The notes under the pieces are model-generated. The model did not search any database. It was not told the origin of the DNA and saw nothing but the letters and a program-made list of their open reading frames with translations. 64,000 bases of DNA from an uncultured Alphaproteobacteria bacterium (GTDB lineage Bacteria; Pseudomonadota; Alphaproteobacteria; Rhizobiales; Xanthobacteraceae): contig CAWBQV010000005.1 of assembly GCA_963790975.1 (NCBI GenBank), forward strand, positions 124,948-188,947. The letters are read 5' to 3'. Numbering within the stretch: position 1 is the stretch's first letter; each line of letters begins with the position of its first letter. Shown piece after piece: positions 26,603-37,764 of this stretch. Made by a program: the position numbers and the translations under genes.

Positions 26603-29600
26603 ATATTTCCGCACCCTTCATACACCGGCCGGTGGCGACCACACTGCTTACACTCGGCATCGCGCTGGCGGGTTTTCTCGCCTTCCTGAAATTGCCGGTC
26701 GCGCCGTTGCCGCAAGTCGATTATCCGACGATTTCGGTCGGCGCCCAGCTTCCCGGCGCCAGCCCGGAGACGGTGGCGACCAGCGTCGCCGAGCCGCTCG
26801 AGCGCCATCTCGGGCAAATCGCCGACGTCACCGAAATGACCTCGCAGAGCGGCATCGGACAGACCCGCATCACGCTGCAATTCGATCTCAACCGCGACAT
26901 CGACGGCGCGGCGCGCGACGTGCAGGCCGCCATCGTCGCCGCCCGCGCGGATCTGCCGTCGAGCCTGAAATCCAATCCGACCTATCGCAAGGTCAATCCG
27001 GCCGACGCGCCGATCCTCATCCTGGCTATGACGTCGAAGACGCTGACGCAAGGCCAGATGTACGACGCGGCCAGCAACGTCTTTCAGCAAGAGCTGTCGC
27101 AGATCAGCGGCATCGGCCAGGTCATCATCGGAGGCTCGGCGCTACCCGCGGTCCGCGTCGAGCTCAATCCGCAGGCGCTGTTCAAATACGGCGTCGGGCT
27201 GGAAGACATACGCGCCGCCCTGGCATCCGCCAATGCCAACAGCCCAAAGGGCACCATCGACGACGGCGATCGCCGCTATCAGGTCTACACCAACGATCAG
27301 TCGACCAAGGCCGCCGATTATATTCCGCTCGTCGTTGCCTATCGCAACGGCGCGGCGGTGCAATTGTCGGACGTCGCCGACATTCAGGATTCGGTCGAGG
27401 ACGTCCGCAATCTCGGACTGTCGCAAGGGCAGCCGTCGGTGCTGATCATCCTGTTCCGCCAGCCCGGCGCCAATATCATCGACGCCATCGACAGCGTGAA
27501 GGCCGAATTGCCGCAGCTGGAAGCGGCGATGCCGGCCGATGTCAACGTCACCATCGCCATCGACCGCAGCACCACGATCCGGCAATCGCTGCGCGATACC
27601 GAACTGACGCTGTTGATCGCCATTACTTTGGTGACGCTCGTCGTCTATCTGTTCCTGCGCAATCTCAGCGCTACGCTCATTCCGTCCGTCGCGGTGCCGG
27701 TTTCCATATTGGGCACCTTCGGCACCATGTATCTGTTCGGCTACAGCCTCGACATCCTGTCGCTCATGGCGCTCACCATCGCGACCGGCTTCGTGGTCGA
27801 CGACGCCATCGTCGTGCTGGAGAACGTTTCGCGCCACCTCGAGGCCGGCATGACGCGCATGGAGGCGGCGCTGCTGGGCGCGCGCGAAGTCGGATTTACC
27901 GTGCTGTCGATCAGTCTGTCGCTGATCGCGGTATTCCTCCCCATCCTGCTGATGGGTGGCATCCTCGGCCGGCTGTTTCGCGAATTTACCGTCACGCTCT
28001 CGATGGCCATTCTCATTTCGCTGGCGATTTCGCTGACCACCACGCCGATGATGTGCGCGTTCTTTCTGCGCCACACGCCGGGGGAGCAAACCCGGCGGCG
28101 CAACGGCTTGTTCGAGCGTGTTCTGTCCGGTTACGAGCGCTCGCTCGCCTGGGCGCTGCAGCATAGCCGGATCGTGCTTTGTATTTTCCTCGGCGCCATC
28201 GCGCTCAACATCGTGCTGTTCTACGTCGTGCCGAAGGGATTTTTCCCAGAGGAAGACACCGGACGGATGATCGGCTCGCTGCAAGCCGATCAAAGCGTCT
28301 CGTTCAAGCTGATGACTCAGAAGCTGCGGCAGATGATGGCCATCGTGCAGGCCGATCCCGCTGTCGAGCATGTCGTCGGCTATACCGGCGTAGGCAGCGG
28401 CGGCGGCTTCGGGCAGATCAATACCGGCTCCGTGTTCGTATCATTAAAGCCGCTCTCGGAGCGGCCGGGCATGGACCAGGTGATCGCGCGGCTGCGGCCA
28501 AAACTCGCCCAGGTTCCGGGCGGGCGGCTGTTTCTGACCGGGGTCCAGGATATCCGCGCCGGCGGCCGGCAAAGCAACGCCGAATACCAATACACGCTGC
28601 AGGCCGACGATGCCGATCTGTTGTTCCAATGGACGCCGCTTCTCGTCCAGGCGCTCGAACATTCCTCGGTGATGACCGACGTGAGCTCCGATCAGCAGCA
28701 ACGCGGACTGGAATCCGACCTCATCATCGACCGCCCCACCGCGTCGCGCTTCGGCATCACGCCGGCGCAGATCGACAACACGCTGTACGACGCATTCGGC
28801 CAGCGTCAGGTGTCCGTCATTTATAGCGCGATCAACCAGTACCACGTCGTCATGGAGATCGACCCGCGCTATACGCAGTATCCAGCGTCGATGCGCGATA
28901 TCTACGTGTCGACGTCGGGCGGCGGCGCCTCAGGGAGCGCAACATCGAACCTGCCGCAGGGGACCGTGACCGCGCCCGTCACATCGTCCGCGACGGAGTC
29001 CGCAACCTCGACGGCCGCGGCAAACGCCAATAACAATTCGGCACGCAACGCTGCCATCAATTCGCTGGCCAATACCGGCAAGAGCAGCACGTCGTCGGGC
29101 GCCGCGGTTTCGACCGCGGTGGAGACGATGGTGCCGCTCGCCGCATTCAGCCATTACAATGCCGGCAATGCGCCGCTATCGGTCAATCACCAGGGCTTGT
29201 TCGTGGCCGCCACCATTTCGTTCAATCTGGCGCCGGGCGCGGCGCTGGGCGACGCCGCAACCGAAATCGACAACGCGATCAAGCAAATCCGCATGCCGGT
29301 GTCGATTCACGGCAGCCTCGCCGGCACGGCGCAGGTGTTTCAACAATCGCTTAACAACGAGCCGGTCCTGATCGCAGCCGCGATCGCCGCCGTCTATATT
29401 CTTCTCGGCGTACTCTACGAGAGCTATATCCACCCGATCACGATCCTTTCGACGCTGCCGTCGGCGGGCGTCGGCGCGATATTGGCGCTGATGCTGTTCA
29501 ACACCGAATTCAGCATCATCGGATTGATCGGCGTCATCCTGCTCATCGGCATCGTCAAGAAGAATGCCATCATGATGATCGATTTCGCCATCGAGGCGAA

Positions 29601-29907
29601 ACGCGCGCATAATCTCAATTCGCGTGACGCCATCTTCGAAGCCTGCCGCTTACGGTTCCGCCCGATCATGATGACCACCACGGCCGCGATCCTCGGCGCG
29701 GTACCGCTGGCGGTGAGTTTCGGCAATGGCGGAGAAATCCGCCGGCCGCTCGGCATCTCGATCGTCGGCGGGCTCCTGATCAGTCAATTGCTGACGCTTT
29801 ACACGACGCCGGTGCTTTACCTGTACCTGGATCGGCTCGGCCAGTGGGCGCTGGCGACGCGAAGCCGGTTGTTGCCGGGGCTGTTCGGCGCGCCCGAGGC
29901 CGGTTAG
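26599..29907 (+). CDS. mdtC: RND multidrug efflux permease with a low-complexity periplasmic insertion
   Basis: 1102 aa. ATGA overlap with mdt[18 protein letters not shown]. Same RND motifs. Extra Ser/Thr/Ala/Asn-rich segment encoded about 28906-29130. Confidence 0.9.
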   Translation: MNISAPFIHRPVATTLLTLGIALAGFLAFLKLPVAPLPQVDYPTISVGAQLPGASPETVATSVAEPLERHLGQIADVTEMTSQSGIGQTRITLQFDLNRDIDGAARDVQAAIVAARADLPSSLKSNPTYRKVNPADAPILILAMTSKTLTQGQMYDAASNVFQQELSQISGIGQVIIGGSALPAVRVELNPQALFKYGVGLEDIRAALASANANSPKGTIDDGDRRYQVYTNDQSTKAADYIPLVVAYRNGAAVQLSDVADIQDSVEDVRNLGLSQGQPSVLIILFRQPGANIIDAIDSVKAELPQLEAAMPADVNVTIAIDRSTTIRQSLRDTELTLLIAITLVTLVVYLFLRNLSATLIPSVAVPVSILGTFGTMYLFGYSLDILSLMALTIATGFVVDDAIVVLENVSRHLEAGMTRMEAALLGAREVGFTVLSISLSLIAVFLPILLMGGILGRLFREFTVTLSMAILISLAISLTTTPMMCAFFLRHTPGEQTRRRNGLFERVLSGYERSLAWALQHSRIVLCIFLGAIALNIVLFYVVPKGFFPEEDTGRMIGSLQADQSVSFKLMTQKLRQMMAIVQADPAVEHVVGYTGVGSGGGFGQINTGSVFVSLKPLSERPGMDQVIARLRPKLAQVPGGRLFLTGVQDIRAGGRQSNAEYQYTLQADDADLLFQWTPLLVQALEHSSVMTDVSSDQQQRGLESDLIIDRPTASRFGITPAQIDNTLYDAFGQRQVSVIYSAINQYHVVMEIDPRYTQYPASMRDIYVSTSGGGASGSATSNLPQGTVTAPVTSSATESATSTAAANANNNSARNAAINSLANTGKSSTSSGAAVSTAVETMVPLAAFSHYNAGNAPLSVNHQGLFVAATISFNLAPGAALGDAATEIDNAIKQIRMPVSIHGSLAGTAQVFQQSLNNEPVLIAAAIAAVYILLGVLYESYIHPITILSTLPSAGVGAILALMLFNTEFSIIGLIGVILLIGIVKKNAIMMIDFAIEAKRAHNLNSRDAIFEACRLRFRPIMMTTTAAILGAVPLAVSFGNGGEIRRPLGISIVGGLLISQLLTLYTTPVLYLYLDRLGQWALATRSRLLPGLFGAPEAG

Positions 29908-29941
29908 CGCGGTTTTCGCGCGGAAATTTTTGGCAATCTGC

Positions 29942-30268
29942 TTAGCGGATATAGAGCGGCGTGCGGCTATAGCAGCACGGCTCGGTTCCCGTCTGCACCA
30001 GCGGACCGAGCAGAGCGCGCAAGCGATGGACGTCGGCGCGCGCCGCGACGATTTGCGGGCCCTTCACACCTTCGTCGACGTCCGGATTGGCTTCCAGGTG
30101 GTTGATCAGCTTGACGTCGTCATAGAGGGCATCGCGGATGCACCAGTAACAAGGCGGCGCCTCGACCTGCCCAAATTCCTTTTGCCCCAAATCTTGGGCC
30201 ACGGCTGTCGATGCCACGCCGACAAAAGCGAGCAGGCTACACAGTGCAAGGATCCGGCGCATTGCCAA
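29942..30268 (-). CDS. small secreted hypothetical protein
   Basis: 108-aa ORF with signal peptide MAMRRILALCSLLAFVGVASTAVAQ and four Cys residues. Confidence 0.45.
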   Translation of the reverse strand: MAMRRILALCSLLAFVGVASTAVAQDLGQKEFGQVEAPPCYWCIRDALYDDVKLINHLEANPDVDEGVKGPQIVAARADVHRLRALLGPLVQTGTEPCCYSRTPLYIR

Positions 30269-30421
30269 ACTCCGGGGAACGAACGCGCATCATAGCCATA
30301 GCGCGGCCGTGAAGGAATGCCATTGCGCGATGTGCGACCGGTTAACTGCGCAATGGTGCGACAGGCCGCATAAAGCCTATGATGGCGGCCACAGAAGTCG
30401 CCGAAACGGGGAGGAAATGCG

Positions 30422-32059
30422 ATGAACGGGGCCGAGGTTATTGCCGAAATCCTCAAGCGCGAAGGCACGGAATTCCTGTCGTGCTATCCGCGTAACCCCG
30501 TGATCGAGCCCTGCGCGGCGCTCGATATCCGCCCGATCCTGTGCCGGCAGGAGCGCGTCGGGGTCGGCATCGCCGATGGCTTTTCGCGGATCAAGCGCGG
30601 CAAACGCAACGGCGTTTTCGCCGCCCAAGCAGGTCCGGGCATCGAGAATGCCTTCCCCGGCGTGGCGCAGGCGTTCTCCGAGAACGTGCCGCTCCTTGTC
30701 ATTGCCGGCGGCATGCCGCTGTCGCGGCAATATGTGCGGCCGGCGTTCCGGGCCGCCGACGTGCTTCGGCCCGTGACCAAATGGTCGGCGCTGGCGCATA
30801 CGGCGCAGGAGCTGCCGGATCTGCTGCGGCGCGCCTATCAGGCCATGCGCAGCGGCAAGGTCGGCCCGGTCCTGATCGAAGTGCCGGACGAGGTTTTCGC
30901 GGCTGAATTCAAGGGCACGCTCGATTACGTGCCGGTGCCGGTGCAGCGCGCTGCGCCCGATCCCGACGCGATTAAGAAAGCCGTCGAGATGCTGCTGGCG
31001 GCGAAGAATCCGATCCTATGGGCTGGCCAAGGCGTGCACTACGCCGAGGCCGCCGAGCAACTTGCGGCGCTTGCCGAAATGCTGCCGGCGCCGGTGGTCG
31101 CCACCAATCCCGGAAAGAGCGCCATCCCCGACAGCCATCCGCTGGCGCTCGGCGCGGCGACGCGCTCGCGATCGAAACCGTTTGCCGATTTCATGGGCCG
31201 CGCCGATCTCGTCCTGGCAATCGGTTCGAGCCTGACGGTGACCAATTTCGGGCCGTCGGTGCCGCCCGGCAAGACCATTATTCATTCCAGCAATGAAGCC
31301 TCCGACATCAACAAGGAATATCGCGCCGATCATGCAGTGGTCGGCGACGCGGCTTTGGTCATCGACGCGCTGATCGCCGAACTGCGCCGCAAGAAACCCG
31401 GCGGCGGCGGCAACGCGCTGACCGCGCTCAAGGAGGATATCGCCGCCGGCAAAAAAGCGTGGCGCGAGGAATGGTCGAAGCATCTGGATTCCGACGAAGT
31501 GCCGATCAACCAGTATCGCGTGATCCGCGACATGATGCGCACGCTCGATCGCGACAACGTCATCATCACTCACGATTCCGGAAGTCCGCGCGAGCAACTG
31601 TTGCCGTTCTGGGAGACCACGCGCGCCGGCTCCTACATGGGCTGGGGCAAGTCGACCCAGCTCGGCTATGGGCTCGGCATCACCATGGGCGCAAAACTCG
31701 CCGCGCCGGACAAGATGTGCATCAACGTCATGGGCGACGCCGCCATCGGCATGACCGGCATGGATATCGAGACCGCGGCGCGAAACCGCATCGCCATCCT
31801 CACCGTCGTCTTCAACAACGGCGTGATGGCGGCCGAACGCGACGTGCTCAAACTCTCGACCAAGAAATACGGCGCGCTTACCGTCAGCGGCAATTACGCC
31901 AAAGTGGCGCAGGGTCTCAATGTCGACTCGGCGCGCGTCGAGCGGCCGGCCGATATCGTCCCGGCGCTCAAGGATGCCGCCGCAGTCACCGAAAGCGGCG
32001 TGCCGTTCCTGCTCGAATTCGTCGTCAAGGAAGGCTACGACTTCTCGCGTTACGCCTGA
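30422..32059 (+). CDS. thiamine-diphosphate-dependent enzyme (acetolactate synthase-like family)
   Basis: GGGGAGGAAA Shine-Dalgarno. 545 aa. N-terminal PYR domain (GAEVIAEILKREGTEFLSCYP) and C-terminal GDAAIGMTGMDIETAARN...NNG ThDP-binding motif. Confidence 0.85.
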   Translation: MNGAEVIAEILKREGTEFLSCYPRNPVIEPCAALDIRPILCRQERVGVGIADGFSRIKRGKRNGVFAAQAGPGIENAFPGVAQAFSENVPLLVIAGGMPLSRQYVRPAFRAADVLRPVTKWSALAHTAQELPDLLRRAYQAMRSGKVGPVLIEVPDEVFAAEFKGTLDYVPVPVQRAAPDPDAIKKAVEMLLAAKNPILWAGQGVHYAEAAEQLAALAEMLPAPVVATNPGKSAIPDSHPLALGAATRSRSKPFADFMGRADLVLAIGSSLTVTNFGPSVPPGKTIIHSSNEASDINKEYRADHAVVGDAALVIDALIAELRRKKPGGGGNALTALKEDIAAGKKAWREEWSKHLDSDEVPINQYRVIRDMMRTLDRDNVIITHDSGSPREQLLPFWETTRAGSYMGWGKSTQLGYGLGITMGAKLAAPDKMCINVMGDAAIGMTGMDIETAARNRIAILTVVFNNGVMAAERDVLKLSTKKYGALTVSGNYAKVAQGLNVDSARVERPADIVPALKDAAAVTESGVPFLLEFVVKEGYDFSRYA

Positions 32060-32505
32060 GCGCCGGTCGCCGTCTGCTCGTTAGTCGCGACCGTATGCAA
32101 CAGCGAGCGCAGCTCCTTGGCGCGTTTGGAGCCGAACGCAGCCTCGAACCGCGTCTGCGCCTCCTGCCAGCCTTTGCGCCCGGCATGAAATCGGGCGACG
32201 CCCACGCCGGTCAGGCGCAATTCCTTGCGGCGGCGGTCGGATTTTCCCGGACCGACCGCGATCAAACCATCGCGCTGCAACGGCAGGATATTGCGCCCGA
32301 GCGTGGTGCGGTCCATCACCAGTTCGGCGGCCAGCGCGTTGATTGTCATCGAGCCTTTGCGTTGCAGCCTTGCAAGAATCGAATACTGGGTCGTGCGCAA
32401 GCCGCTCGGCGCGAGGAATTGGTCATAGAATTGCGTGACATGCCGCGTCGCCTGACGCAGCGCCAGACAATTGCATGCTGCCGGGTTGGTCGAATCCAGA
32501 GCCAT
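32050..32505 (-). CDS. MarR-family transcriptional regulator
   Basis: 151 aa. LRTTQYSILARL...MTINALAAELVMDRTTLGRNILPLQRDGLI winged-helix region. The 3' end overlaps the convergent ThDP gene by 10 nt. Confidence 0.85.
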   Translation of the reverse strand: MALDSTNPAACNCLALRQATRHVTQFYDQFLAPSGLRTTQYSILARLQRKGSMTINALAAELVMDRTTLGRNILPLQRDGLIAVGPGKSDRRRKELRLTGVGVARFHAGRKGWQEAQTRFEAAFGSKRAKELRSLLHTVATNEQTATGAQA

Positions 32506-32529
32506 CGGACTGCCTCGGGGTGCCGCTTG

Positions 32530-32553
32530 ATATAGGCGTATATACGCCTATAT
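32530..32553. promoter_or_regulatory. perfect 24-bp palindrome, probable MarR operator
   Basis: ATATAGGCGTATATACGCCTATAT is its own reverse complement. It lies in the 82-bp marR/MATE divergent intergenic region. Confidence 0.55.
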
Positions 32554-32587
32554 GCTGGCTCGTTCAATGGGCAGCCTTGGATGAACC

Positions 32588-34051
32588 GTGGGGAGCGGCC
32601 AAATGTCCTCGCAAACTCTTGCATCGGCCGAACCGCTTGCGGCCGCGCCTGCGATCGGCTCACCTGACAAAGTCCGCTACGACCCGCGCACGCGCGCCCT
32701 GATCGAGGGGCCGATTGTCGCAACGCTGGTGCGGCTCGCCGGGCCGAATATGGTGGTGATGCTGGCGCAGTCTTCGGTCGGTCTGATCGAAACCTATTTC
32801 GTCGGTAAGCTCGGCACCGATCCGCTCGCCGGCGTTGCGCTGGTTTTTCCTCTTTTGATGCTAATGCAGATGATGTCGGCCGGCGCGATGGGCGGCGGCA
32901 TGTCGTCGGCGATCGCGCGCGCGCTCGGCGGCGGCCGCCGCGACGATGCCAACGCGCTGGCGCTGCACGCGCTGGTCATCGCGATTGTGTTCGGTCTTGC
33001 CTTCACTGTCACGTTCCTTGCCGGCGGCCGCTGGCTTTACACGGAGATGGGCGGCTCCGGCGCTTCGCTTGAGGCGGCGACGACCTATTCCCATGTCGTC
33101 TTTGCCGGCGCCATCCTGGTGTGGCTGTTCAATTCGCTCGCCAATGTGATCCGCGGCACCGGCAATATGCTGTTCCCTGCTTTGGTCGCCGTAAGCGGCG
33201 TCGTCGTCCTCATCCCGTTGTCGGCCGCCCTGATCTTCGGTTTCGATCCGTTGCCAAAGCTCGGCGTCGCCGGCGGCGCGGTCGCGGTCCTTCTGTATTA
33301 TGCAGCCGGGGTCGTCGTGCTCGCGGCCTATCTGCGATCGGGCCGCAGCGTGGTGCGGCTGGCGATCGAGGGCGTGCGTCTGCGTTGGGCGTTGTTTGCC
33401 GACATCCTTCGCGTCGGCGCGGTCGCGGCGCTGATCACGGTGCAGACCAATCTCACCATCGCCATCGCAACCGGTCTCGTCGGCGCCTTCGGTCCCGCGG
33501 CGATTGCCGGTTACGGCACAGCGTCGCGGCTCGAATATCTGCTTATTCCGCTGGTCTTCGGTTTGGGCGGTCCGCTGGTCGCCATGGTGGGAACCAATAT
33601 CGGCGCCGGGCGGCAGGATCGCGCTTTGCGCGTGGCATGGATCGGCGCCGCCATCGCCGCAGGGCTGTGCGAACTGATCGGTTTAGCCGCCGCTGCGGCG
33701 CCGCGCGCCTGGCTGTCGCTGTTTGGCAGCGAGCCCGCAATGATCGACGCCGGGACGCGCTACCTGCATGCCGTCGGGCCGGCCTATGGGCTGTTCGGGC
33801 TTGGCATGGCGCTCTACTTCGCCTCGCAGGGCGCCGGTCACTTGCTGTGGCCGTTTCTCGCCAACATGGTGCGCCTGATCATCGCCGCCGGTGGCGGCTA
33901 TCTTGCCTTGCAATGGAGCGGCAATCTGACCGATGTTTTCATTGCCTTGGCGGTAGCGCTTGCAGCCTTCGGCCTGATCAATGCGGTGGCGGTCGCGGGA
34001 GGCGCATGGTTCAAGACCAGCGCGCACGGTCCACAGGGCCTCAAACAATGA
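32588..34051 (+). CDS. MATE-family efflux transporter
   Basis: 487 aa, about 12 hydrophobic segments. GPIVATLVRLAGPNMVVMLAQSSVGLIETYFVGKLG is a MATE N-terminal motif. Start at 32588 or ATG 32603. Confidence 0.85.
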   Translation: MGSGQMSSQTLASAEPLAAAPAIGSPDKVRYDPRTRALIEGPIVATLVRLAGPNMVVMLAQSSVGLIETYFVGKLGTDPLAGVALVFPLLMLMQMMSAGAMGGGMSSAIARALGGGRRDDANALALHALVIAIVFGLAFTVTFLAGGRWLYTEMGGSGASLEAATTYSHVVFAGAILVWLFNSLANVIRGTGNMLFPALVAVSGVVVLIPLSAALIFGFDPLPKLGVAGGAVAVLLYYAAGVVVLAAYLRSGRSVVRLAIEGVRLRWALFADILRVGAVAALITVQTNLTIAIATGLVGAFGPAAIAGYGTASRLEYLLIPLVFGLGGPLVAMVGTNIGAGRQDRALRVAWIGAAIAAGLCELIGLAAAAAPRAWLSLFGSEPAMIDAGTRYLHAVGPAYGLFGLGMALYFASQGAGHLLWPFLANMVRLIIAAGGGYLALQWSGNLTDVFIALAVALAAFGLINAVAVAGGAWFKTSAHGPQGLKQ

Positions 34052-34503
34052 CCGTTCACTATCTGGAAGATTTTGCCGCCGGGCAGGTATTCAACACCGG
34101 CCGGCACCGCGTCGACAAAGAACAGATCTTTGCCTTCGCGCGGCAATTCGATCCGCAACCGTTCCACACCGACGAAGAAGCCGCACGCAAATCGCCGTTT
34201 CAGGGCTTGGCGGCAAGCGGCTGGCACACCGCCGCGATGACCATGCGGCTGATGGTCGATGGCGAATTCAAGCCGGCCGGCGGCATTCTCGGCGTCGGCT
34301 TTGACGATTTGAGCTGGCCGCGTCCGGTTCGTGCCGGCGACGAATTGCATGCGCAAAGCGAAATACTGGACGTGCGGCCGTCCAAATCGAAACCCGACCG
34401 CGGCATGATCCGGGTGCGCACCACGACGTTCAATCAGAACAATGAACCGGTGATGATGTTTACCGGCAATCTCTTGGTGCCGAAGCGTCCCGCGTCTCAA
34501 TAG
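34048..34503 (+). CDS. MaoC-like (R)-hydratase/dehydratase
   Basis: ATGA overlap with the MATE stop. FARQFDPQPFHTDEEAARKSPFQGLAASGWHT hot-dog hydratase motif. Confidence 0.85.
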   Translation: MTVHYLEDFAAGQVFNTGRHRVDKEQIFAFARQFDPQPFHTDEEAARKSPFQGLAASGWHTAAMTMRLMVDGEFKPAGGILGVGFDDLSWPRPVRAGDELHAQSEILDVRPSKSKPDRGMIRVRTTTFNQNNEPVMMFTGNLLVPKRPASQ

Positions 34504-34512
34504 GAATCCCAC

Positions 34513-35448
34513 ATGCGTATTCTGGTCATCGGCGCCGGCGCGATCGGCGGCTATTTCGGCGGCAGGCAGCTGCAAGCCGGCCGCGACGTGACGTTCCTGG
34601 TGCGGCCGCGGCGCGCCGCGCAGCTTGCCAAGACCGGCCTCGTCGTCCGCAGCAGGCTCGGCGACGCCGAGCTGCCAAACCCGCCCACAATCACGGCCGA
34701 CGCGCTGGGCGAGCCGTTCGATCTCGTCCTGTTGAGCTTGAAAGCCTATGACCTCGCCGCCGCGATCGAGTCCTTCGCGCCCGCCGTCGGCCCGAACACG
34801 GCGATCTTGCCGCTGCTCAACGGCATGGCTCACCTGGACACGCTTGCGCAGCGTTTCGGCCGCGGGGCGGTGCTGGGCGGGCAATGCGTTATTTCCCTGA
34901 CGCTCGATCCCGAGGGCAGGATTCTCCACCTCAACGACACGCACTTTCTGTCATTCGGCGAAATCGACGGCTCGCTGTCGCCGCGCGCCGAGGCGATCGC
35001 CGCGACATTCTCCGGCGCCAACTTCGAATCGCGGTTGAGCAGAACGATTTTGCAGGAAATGTGGGAGAAGTGGTCGTTCATCGCGACCGCGGCCGCCACC
35101 ACCTGCCTGATGCGGGCGCCGTTCGGCGACGTCGTCGCCGCCGGTGGCGGCGAATACACGACCGGGCTTTATGACGAGTGCTGCGCCATCGCCACCGCAA
35201 ACGGTTTTCCGCCAAGCGAAGCCGCAACGCAACGCTCGCGCGCCATGATCACCGCGCCGGGGTCGCTGATCGCCGCCTCGATGATGCGGGATATCGAGCA
35301 TTACGCGCCGATCGAGGGCGATCATATCGTCGGCGATCTGTTGCGGCGCGGCGGCGATGCATCCGGCGAATTTCCGCTGCTGCGGATTGCCTATGCGCAT
35401 TTGCGGACTTATGAAGCGCGCCGCATGCGCGAAGCGGCCAAGACCTGA
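34513..35448 (+). CDS. panE: 2-dehydropantoate 2-reductase (ketopantoate reductase family)
   Basis: MRILVIGAGAIGGYFGG Rossmann N-terminus. 311 aa, ApbA/PanE-like layout. Confidence 0.75.
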   Translation: MRILVIGAGAIGGYFGGRQLQAGRDVTFLVRPRRAAQLAKTGLVVRSRLGDAELPNPPTITADALGEPFDLVLLSLKAYDLAAAIESFAPAVGPNTAILPLLNGMAHLDTLAQRFGRGAVLGGQCVISLTLDPEGRILHLNDTHFLSFGEIDGSLSPRAEAIAATFSGANFESRLSRTILQEMWEKWSFIATAAATTCLMRAPFGDVVAAGGGEYTTGLYDECCAIATANGFPPSEAATQRSRAMITAPGSLIAASMMRDIEHYAPIEGDHIVGDLLRRGGDASGEFPLLRIAYAHLRTYEARRMREAAKT

Positions 35449-35523
35449 GCCAGGAGTTGATCCGAGCCCTGTTGTCTGGGACTTTCAAAACACCACATAA
35501 TTGTTCTGCATAGCGAGGGCGTC

Positions 35524-35763
35524 ATGGCAAAGATCACCTATCATATAGTCGAGCACGACGGCGGTTGGGCCTACAAGGTCGACGGCGTATTCTCCGAGCC
35601 CTTCCCGTCCCACGACGCGGCCCGCGCCGCGGCGCTGCGCGTCGCCGAAGAGCAGCACGTGCCGGGCGAAACCCGCGCCATCTCGTGGGAAGACAAGAGC
35701 GGCAAGTGGCACGAAGAGCTGGCGCGCGGCGACGATCGGCCCGAGACCGACGTCGAGGGCTAA
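35524..35763 (+). CDS. DUF2188-like small protein
   Basis: ITYHIVEHDGGWAYKVDGVFSEPFPSHDAARAAA resembles the DUF2188 core. Confidence 0.55.
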   Translation: MAKITYHIVEHDGGWAYKVDGVFSEPFPSHDAARAAALRVAEEQHVPGETRAISWEDKSGKWHEELARGDDRPETDVEG

Positions 35764-35884
35764 AACGACCGCCGGGAGGGAACGGCCATGCGAGTCAGCT
35801 CCGCGCCGTAACAGCGCCGTCGCAAAGGCCCTGTTGAATTGCGGCCTTCGCCTGTATCGTGTGCGGGTTGTGGAACGCCGGGAC

Positions 35885-37579
35885 GTGAATAATAAATCCT
35901 GCCAGATCGTCGAGACCGCGCTAAGCGGTTATGAGCTGCTCAACAATCCGCTGCTCAACAAGGGCACGGCGTTCACCGACGTCGAACGCGACGAGTTCGA
36001 CCTGCACGGGCTATTGCCGCCGCACGTCGCGGAACTCGACTATCAGGTCCAGCGCCGGCTCGAGGCGTTTCGCGGACAGGCGAGCGATATCCAGCGCTAC
36101 GTGTTCCTGCGCGGCTTGCAGGATACCAACGAGATTCTGTTCTACGCGCTGTTAACCCGCAACATCGAAGAGCTGATGCCGATCGTCTATACGCCGACGG
36201 TCGGCCTTGGCTGCGAACTGTTCAGCCATCTGTTCCGCAGGCCGCGCGGCCTGTTTCTGAGCATTCCGCACAAGGACTTGATACGCCGCATCATTGGCCA
36301 TCCATGCTTCGACGGCGTCGAGGCCATCGTCGTCTCCGACGGCGAGCGCATCCTCGGCCTCGGCGACCAGGGCGCCGGCGGCATGGGTATTCCGATCGGC
36401 AAGCTGTCGCTCTACACCGCCTGCGCCGGTCTGCATCCGGCGACGACGCTGCCGGTCATTCTCGACGTCGGCACCGACAACAAGGAGCATCTGGCCGATC
36501 CGCTCTATATCGGCTGGCAGCACGAGCGCGTGCGCGGCGCGCAATACGACGAGCTGGTCGAGATTTTTGTCAGCGCCGTGCGCCAGCGCTGGCCGCATGT
36601 GCTCCTGCATTGGGAGGATTTTGCCATCGGTAACGCCAACCGGCTGTTGACGCGCTACCGCGATCAATTGTGCACCTTCAATGACGACATCCAGGGCACC
36701 GCCGCCATCGCGGTCGGCACGCTGCTCAGCGCCATCAATGTCACCGGCGTGCCGTTGATCGAGCAGCGCGTTGCAGTGTTCGGCGCCGGCTCGGCCGGCA
36801 CCGGCATATGCAGTTTGTTGCTTCGTGCCATGATCGATGCCGGCTTAAGCGAGAGCGAGGCGCGCGGCCGATTCTATCTCGTCGACCGCCAGGGCCTGTT
36901 AGTCGAGGGCATGCCCGATCAGCAGCCGTTCCAGTCGGCCTTCGACCAGCGGCGCGACCGCGTCGCCTCATGGACGCTCGAAGCGCCCGGCCGCATCGGC
37001 CTTGCCGACGTCATCGCCAACGCGCATCCGACGGTGCTGATCGGCACATCCGGGCGAGCGCATGCCTTCACCGAACCGCTGGTTCGCGCCATGGCCAAGC
37101 ATGTGCGGCGGCCGGTGATTTTTCCACTGTCGAATCCGACCGAACGCGCCGAAGCGACGCCGCAAGACCTTTTTGACTGGACGGAGGGTCGCGCCGTGAT
37201 CGGCACCGGCAGTCCGTTTCCGCCGATCAAGCGCGACGGCAAGATGTTCCGCGTCGACCAAACCAACAATGCCTATGTCTATCCGGGCATCGGCCTTGGC
37301 GCGATCGTAACTGACGCGCGCCGCATTTCGGACGCCATGTTCCTCGCCGCGGCACGGACAATTGCCGAAGCGTCGCCGGCCAAACGCGACCCGCAAGCCA
37401 ATCTGCTGGCGCCGCTCGTCGAAATACGCAGGCTCTCATTCCATGTCGCGCTTGCGGTGGCGAGGCAGGCTCAAGCCGAGGGTCTTTCCGCTGCGATGTC
37501 GGACGAAGCCCTCACCGCTGCCATTCGCGCCAAGATGTGGGAGCCGAATTATGCGCCCTATCGGCGCCTTCGCGGCTGA
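35885..37579 (+). CDS. NAD-dependent malic enzyme
   Basis: LLNNPLLNKGTAFTDVERDEFDLHGLLPP, VYTPTVG and VVSDGERILGLGDQGAGGMGIPIGKL are malic-enzyme signatures. Start uncertain (GTG 35885; the track ORF begins at 35834). Confidence 0.9.
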   Translation: MNNKSCQIVETALSGYELLNNPLLNKGTAFTDVERDEFDLHGLLPPHVAELDYQVQRRLEAFRGQASDIQRYVFLRGLQDTNEILFYALLTRNIEELMPIVYTPTVGLGCELFSHLFRRPRGLFLSIPHKDLIRRIIGHPCFDGVEAIVVSDGERILGLGDQGAGGMGIPIGKLSLYTACAGLHPATTLPVILDVGTDNKEHLADPLYIGWQHERVRGAQYDELVEIFVSAVRQRWPHVLLHWEDFAIGNANRLLTRYRDQLCTFNDDIQGTAAIAVGTLLSAINVTGVPLIEQRVAVFGAGSAGTGICSLLLRAMIDAGLSESEARGRFYLVDRQGLLVEGMPDQQPFQSAFDQRRDRVASWTLEAPGRIGLADVIANAHPTVLIGTSGRAHAFTEPLVRAMAKHVRRPVIFPLSNPTERAEATPQDLFDWTEGRAVIGTGSPFPPIKRDGKMFRVDQTNNAYVYPGIGLGAIVTDARRISDAMFLAAARTIAEASPAKRDPQANLLAPLVEIRRLSFHVALAVARQAQAEGLSAAMSDEALTAAIRAKMWEPNYAPYRRLRG

Positions 37580-37764
37580 GGCGACGGCCCAATTCACCCG
37601 CGCCGGCCTTGCAACTGCCTCTGAAGAATAAGAAGAATTTCACCCCAGCGATTGCTGTTTAGAACTCGTATAACAAACAGACTGCCGTAGTTTTTAATTA
37701 TTATAATTCCGTTCGACTGCGAAAATACAGTTCAGCATTGACAGCTATACTTGTGATGCTACGA

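Noticed and set aside
29907-29931. GCGCG-GTTTT-CGCGC followed by AAATTTTT, as a terminator after mdtC
   Set aside because: The stem is only 5 bp and the T-run is interrupted. It is too weak to annotate as a feature, though it could still contribute to termination between the convergent genes.
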